Positions 60,095 through 64,000 of a stretch of DNA of 64,000 nucleotides are shown here, in pieces. Below the pieces are notes generated by a model. The model was not told where the DNA came from, did not search any database, and was given only the letters and a program-made list of their open reading frames with translations. The stretch is from assembly GCA_963811165.1 (NCBI GenBank), contig CAWEQH010000001.1, positions 480,001 to 544,000 of the forward strand. Reading direction: 5' to 3'. The stretch comes from an uncultured Nitrospiraceae bacterium (GTDB lineage Bacteria; Nitrospirota; Thermodesulfovibrionia; Thermodesulfovibrionales; UBA6898). Positions within the stretch are counted from its first letter, which is position 1. The number at the start of each line of letters is the position of its first letter. A program made the translations under genes and the position numbers.

Positions 60095-61069
60095 ATGCAT
60101 AAATTCCTCTATGGTAAGGGCCACGGCCTCTATCGCATTCCCCCTTTCAGGGATGCCCATATGCATTTCATGGTTGACGGCCGGCAAGCATCCCTTCGGG
60201 ACATTTTAAGGATAGGGGAGGTATACGCCAAAAGCGGCATTTTTTCTGCAAATGACATGGGACACCGCACCGGAATAGGTATGGATGCAAAAGCCCTTTT
60301 GGCCGGGAAGATCGCGATGAGGACAGCATGGGCTGCAATATGCAAAACAGGGGGTTATGGAGAATTTCTCGGAAAAAGTGTCAGCGGGAAGGAAGAGATC
60401 AAAAGGGCAGTAAAGGAAGTGGCAGATGCCGGCGCAGATTTCATAAAGGTCATAAACTCAGGGGTTGTCAGCTTCACCGCTCCATCGCCCGTGACTACCG
60501 GAGGCTTTACACTTGAAGAACTCAAGATTATTCAGGCCGAGGCAAGGGAAAGGAACCTGGACATTGTATGCCATGCAAACTCTGACCCTGCCATAAAAGA
60601 TGCGGTAGTGGCCGGTGCCATCTCGATCGAGCATGGATTCTTTGTTGCCACGGAGACGCTCCATATGATGGCAGAGTCAAAAGTCTCGTGGACACCAACA
60701 ATATTTGCGTTATCGGGGCAGACAGCGACTCTCGCCACGTCTGAAAAAAAATACGTCGAAGGTATCATCGAAGACCATCTCTATTCTATCAACACTGCTG
60801 CATCTCTCGGCGTCAGACTTCAAACGGGGACCGACAGCGGCTCACGAGGCGTCAATCATGGCGGATCGTTTTTTGAGGAACTCCGGCTTTTCAGGAAAGC
60901 CGGTTTTACTGGAGAGCAAATACTCTCTGCGGCATGCATGGATATAAGTGAAATCGAAAAGGGGAATTATCTGGTGGTAAGTGAAGACTTTATTGAGACG
61001 GGAAAAATTGAGGGGGTGTATGGAAAAGGGAAACGCATCCTCCCACAACGACAAACGGCCGCCTCTTAG
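60095..61069 (+). CDS. Amidohydrolase-superfamily metalloprotein (start uncertain)
   Basis: DAHMH, GADFIK, CHAN, SIEHG, GTDSG. Confidence 0.8.
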   Translation: MHKFLYGKGHGLYRIPPFRDAHMHFMVDGRQASLRDILRIGEVYAKSGIFSANDMGHRTGIGMDAKALLAGKIAMRTAWAAICKTGGYGEFLGKSVSGKEEIKRAVKEVADAGADFIKVINSGVVSFTAPSPVTTGGFTLEELKIIQAEARERNLDIVCHANSDPAIKDAVVAGAISIEHGFFVATETLHMMAESKVSWTPTIFALSGQTATLATSEKKYVEGIIEDHLYSINTAASLGVRLQTGTDSGSRGVNHGGSFFEELRLFRKAGFTGEQILSAACMDISEIEKGNYLVVSEDFIETGKIEGVYGKGKRILPQRQTAAS

Positions 61070-61278
61070 GCTGTGGATTGAAGGCAACCTTACCGGGAAA
61101 ACAGAATGCGTTGCCCAAAATATATAGAGAAGCGTTGCTATTTCAGGCCTTGCCCCTGTAAAATACTCACATAGTCTCTCTGCATTGAACGGGTATCTGC
61201 ATCCATGGGGCTCGCACTCCTGCCTTTCAGGAATCGTCGCAGCAAATCAAAGAGACAGAATAAGAGGAGAACATAATC

Positions 61279-63093
61279 GTGAAGCGTGAAGATTTGAGAA
61301 ATATTGCTATTATTGCCCATGTCGACCATGGCAAGACAACGCTCGTCGACGGGATGCTGAAGCAGTCGGGCCTGTTCCGCTCGAATGAAAAGGTGCAGGA
61401 AAGGATGATGGACAACATCGACCTTGAACGTGAACGGGGCATCACGATCATGGCGAAGAACACTGCTGTCCAATATAACGGCTGCAAGATAAACATTGTG
61501 GATACGCCAGGCCACGCCGATTTCGGTGGCGAGGTGGAGAGAACGCTAAAGATGGTCGACGGCGTTCTTTTGCTTGTGGACGCTTCGGAAGGGCCCCTTC
61601 CCCAGACAAGGTTCGTCCTTAAGAAGGCCCTCGAGCTGGATCTTCCCCCGATTCTCGTAATCAACAAGATAGACAGGCCGGATGCCAGGATACAGGAAGT
61701 GCTCAATGAGGTGTACGACCTTTTTATCGACCTGGATGCCACAGAAGAACAGCTTGAATTTCCGATCGTTTACACAAATGCAAAACTCGGTGCGGCGAGA
61801 CTCTCGATGGAGGAAGACTCGGAGGGAGACTTGCGGTGCCTTCTGGATTTGATTCTAAAGACGATACCTGCTCCTGAAGCGGACGAAAACGAAGTCCTGC
61901 AACTGCTGGTGACGAACATAGACTATAACGATTATGTCGGCAGGCTCGCCATCGGCAGGATATTTTCAGGCTCCGTCAAGGTCGGGGACTGGGTTTCGGT
62001 GATCAAGAGCAAAGAAGAAGCGGACAAAACGAAGATCACCTCTCTCTTCGGATTTCAGGGCCTCGACAGGGTCAATATCGAGAGCGCTTCCGTTGGCGAC
62101 ATTGTCGCCCTTGCCGGGATCGAGGGGATAAATATAGGCGATACAATAACGGATCTGGAGCGGCCAAAACCACTGCCCAGAATTAAGGTGGATGAACCGA
62201 CGATATCGATGGTCTTTTCGATAAACACCTCACCCTTTGCGGGGAAGGAAGGTAAATACGTTACGTCCAGGAACCTCAGGGAGAGGCTCGAAAAGGAGCT
62301 TCTTTACAATGTGGCGATCAAGGTCGAATTCGACAACACCGATTCGTTCAAGGTCATGGGCAGGGGAGAACTGCAACTGGCCATCCTCATCGAAATGATG
62401 AGAAGAGAAGGGTATGAACTCTCCGTTTCGATGCCCGAGACGATCACGAAGGACATTAAAGGAGTGCTCCATGAGCCGATGGAACATCTCGTGATCGATG
62501 TGCCCGATGAGTTTGTCGGTGTGGTGACCCAGCAAGTGGGGATGAGAAGGGGGAAGATGCAGAAGATGACGAACAACGGCCACGGCAGGGTACGCCTCGA
62601 ATTCAAAATAGCATCGAGAGGGTTGATAGGCTTTCGAACCCAGTTCCTGACCGATAGCCGGGGGACCGGACTTCTCAACCACATCTTTGACGGATATGAG
62701 CCATGGCAGGGCCAGATCTCGAAGCGCTCCACAGGTGCAATCGTCGCTGACAGGACAGGCAGGACGACCACTTACGCACTCTTCCATCTGCAACCCAGGG
62801 GCACTCTCTTTATAAAGGAGAACACTTCTGTATATGAAGGGATGATCGTCGGTGAGAATTCCAGAGAAAGTGACATCGACGTGAATGTAACAAAAGAAAA
62901 GAAACTTACGAACATGAGGGCATCAGGGGCCGACGAGGCGCTACAGCTGATACCCCCGAGGATACTTAGTTTAGAGCAGGCGATCGAATTTATTAAGGAA
63001 GACGAGCTGGTCGAGATTACCCCGGCGTCCGTCCGTATCAGGAAAAAAATCCTTGATGTGAATAAGAGGCCGAAGAACAGGGACAAAGTCTGA
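61279..63093 (+). CDS. typA: Translational GTPase TypA/BipA
   Basis: [41 protein letters not shown]. Confidence 0.98.
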   Translation: MKREDLRNIAIIAHVDHGKTTLVDGMLKQSGLFRSNEKVQERMMDNIDLERERGITIMAKNTAVQYNGCKINIVDTPGHADFGGEVERTLKMVDGVLLLVDASEGPLPQTRFVLKKALELDLPPILVINKIDRPDARIQEVLNEVYDLFIDLDATEEQLEFPIVYTNAKLGAARLSMEEDSEGDLRCLLDLILKTIPAPEADENEVLQLLVTNIDYNDYVGRLAIGRIFSGSVKVGDWVSVIKSKEEADKTKITSLFGFQGLDRVNIESASVGDIVALAGIEGINIGDTITDLERPKPLPRIKVDEPTISMVFSINTSPFAGKEGKYVTSRNLRERLEKELLYNVAIKVEFDNTDSFKVMGRGELQLAILIEMMRREGYELSVSMPETITKDIKGVLHEPMEHLVIDVPDEFVGVVTQQVGMRRGKMQKMTNNGHGRVRLEFKIASRGLIGFRTQFLTDSRGTGLLNHIFDGYEPWQGQISKRSTGAIVADRTGRTTTYALFHLQPRGTLFIKENTSVYEGMIVGENSRESDIDVNVTKEKKLTNMRASGADEALQLIPPRILSLEQAIEFIKEDELVEITPASVRIRKKILDVNKRPKNRDKV

Positions 63094-63177
63094 GTCTGAA
63101 TTTCACCGCTCGGGCCGGACAAAAGGGGGATACATCTTTTTCCAGTCGACTGGGGATAAAGCCGGCGAAGAGGGTTT

Positions 63178-64000
63178 TTACTTTATCTTATATTCCTTGA
63201 TCTTTGTCCTGAGGGTGTTACGGTTTATACCGAGGACCCTGGCAGTTTTGAGCTGGTTCCCGTTCGTTTCCCTAAGGACAATGGATATCAGTGCTTTCTC
63301 GACCTCAGAAAGCACGGTGTCATAAAGATTGAAATTAGTGACTTTTGTCATATCTTTCAGATATCTCTTCAATTTTTCTTCCAGGAAGTCCTTGATGGAA
63401 TAAGAGGCATCTTCTTCGATGAGGAGATCTTTTTTTTCAATTACCGTCCCCGTTGAAAGCACGCAGGCCCTTTTTATGACATTTTCAAGTTCCCGGACGT
63501 TGCCGGGCCAGTCGTATTTTAGGAGTGCCGCCTTTGCCTCTTTGGAAAGTTCTTTCTCTCCTGTTTCCAGTTTATTAACGGCATCCCTGAGAAAGAATTT
63601 TGTCAACAGAGGGATGTCCTCCTTCCGCTCTCTCAACCGGGGCAATTTAATCTGGACCACGTTGAACCGGTAGTATAGGTCCTCTCTGAAAAGTCCCTTC
63701 GCAACCTCTTCAGGGAGGTTCTTGTTTGTCGCGCCTATTATGCGGACATCCCCCTTGATAAGGTCATTGCTGCCCAGCGGGCTGAATTCCTTTTCCTCAA
63801 GGAAACGGAGGACTTTTGCCTGCAGACCGGAGTCCATCTCGGCTATCTCGTCAAGAAATAAGGTGCCGCCGCTGGCAGACTCTATCTTTCCTTTCTTATC
63901 GGATACGGCCCCCGTGAAAGCGCCTTTCCTGTAGCCGAAAAGCTCGGACTCGAGCAGTTCCTTCGGGATAGAGGCGGAGTTGATGGCCACGAAAGGGCCG
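63178..64000 (-). CDS. sigma54-dependent Fis-family activator, NtrC-like; N-terminus outside the window
   Basis: [44 protein letters not shown]. Confidence 0.9.
   Translation of the reverse strand, partial: GPFVAINSASIPKELLESELFGYRKGAFTGAVSDKKGKIESASGGTLFLDEIAEMDSGLQAKVLRFLEEKEFSPLGSNDLIKGDVRIIGATNKNLPEEVAKGLFREDLYYRFNVVQIKLPRLRERKEDIPLLTKFFLRDAVNKLETGEKELSKEAKAALLKYDWPGNVRELENVIKRACVLSTGTVIEKKDLLIEEDASYSIKDFLEEKLKRYLKDMTKVTNFNLYDTVLSEVEKALISIVLRETNGNQLKTARVLGINRNTLRTKIKEYKIK

Overview
This is 64 kb of bacterial chromosome, probably from an anaerobe of the Nitrospirota/Desulfobacterota type (inferred from gene content, not tested). Left to right: tandem tyrosine recombinases and an IS3 element; a copper-uptake operon (CxxC/RPP leader, NosL-barrel fusion, second barrel-like protein, copC, copD); an ASKHA/RACo activator, panC, osmC, USP, ispG and mltG; a DUF433/DUF5615 TA pair; groESL with a perfect CIRCE; a sigma54-promoted operon; an accessory block (ABC efflux, ORF6N split by IS1634, attC-like site, pyk, GGDEF); a heme-c sensor kinase/REC/sigma54-activator set divergent from a complete nuoA-N operon; an amidohydrolase, typA and a partial NtrC-like gene. 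The sigma54 operon encodes a HydABC(D)/Bfu-type complex. Its large subunit is a NuoG paralogue with no H-cluster and no Mo ligand, its HydC subunit is fused to a receiver domain, and it is flanked by a receiver-GcvH-like gene and a DRTGG/Ser-kinase/PHP/HATPase module. The best candidate for an undescribed system is this complex acting as a phosphorylation-controlled, electron-bifurcating alternative N-module for complex I; the second is a copper-sensing arrest-peptide uptake operon. Many single-base frameshifts, several in short homopolymers, look like long-read assembly errors. No rRNA, tRNA or CRISPR array was seen. All family assignments are by motif recognition; no database search was run.
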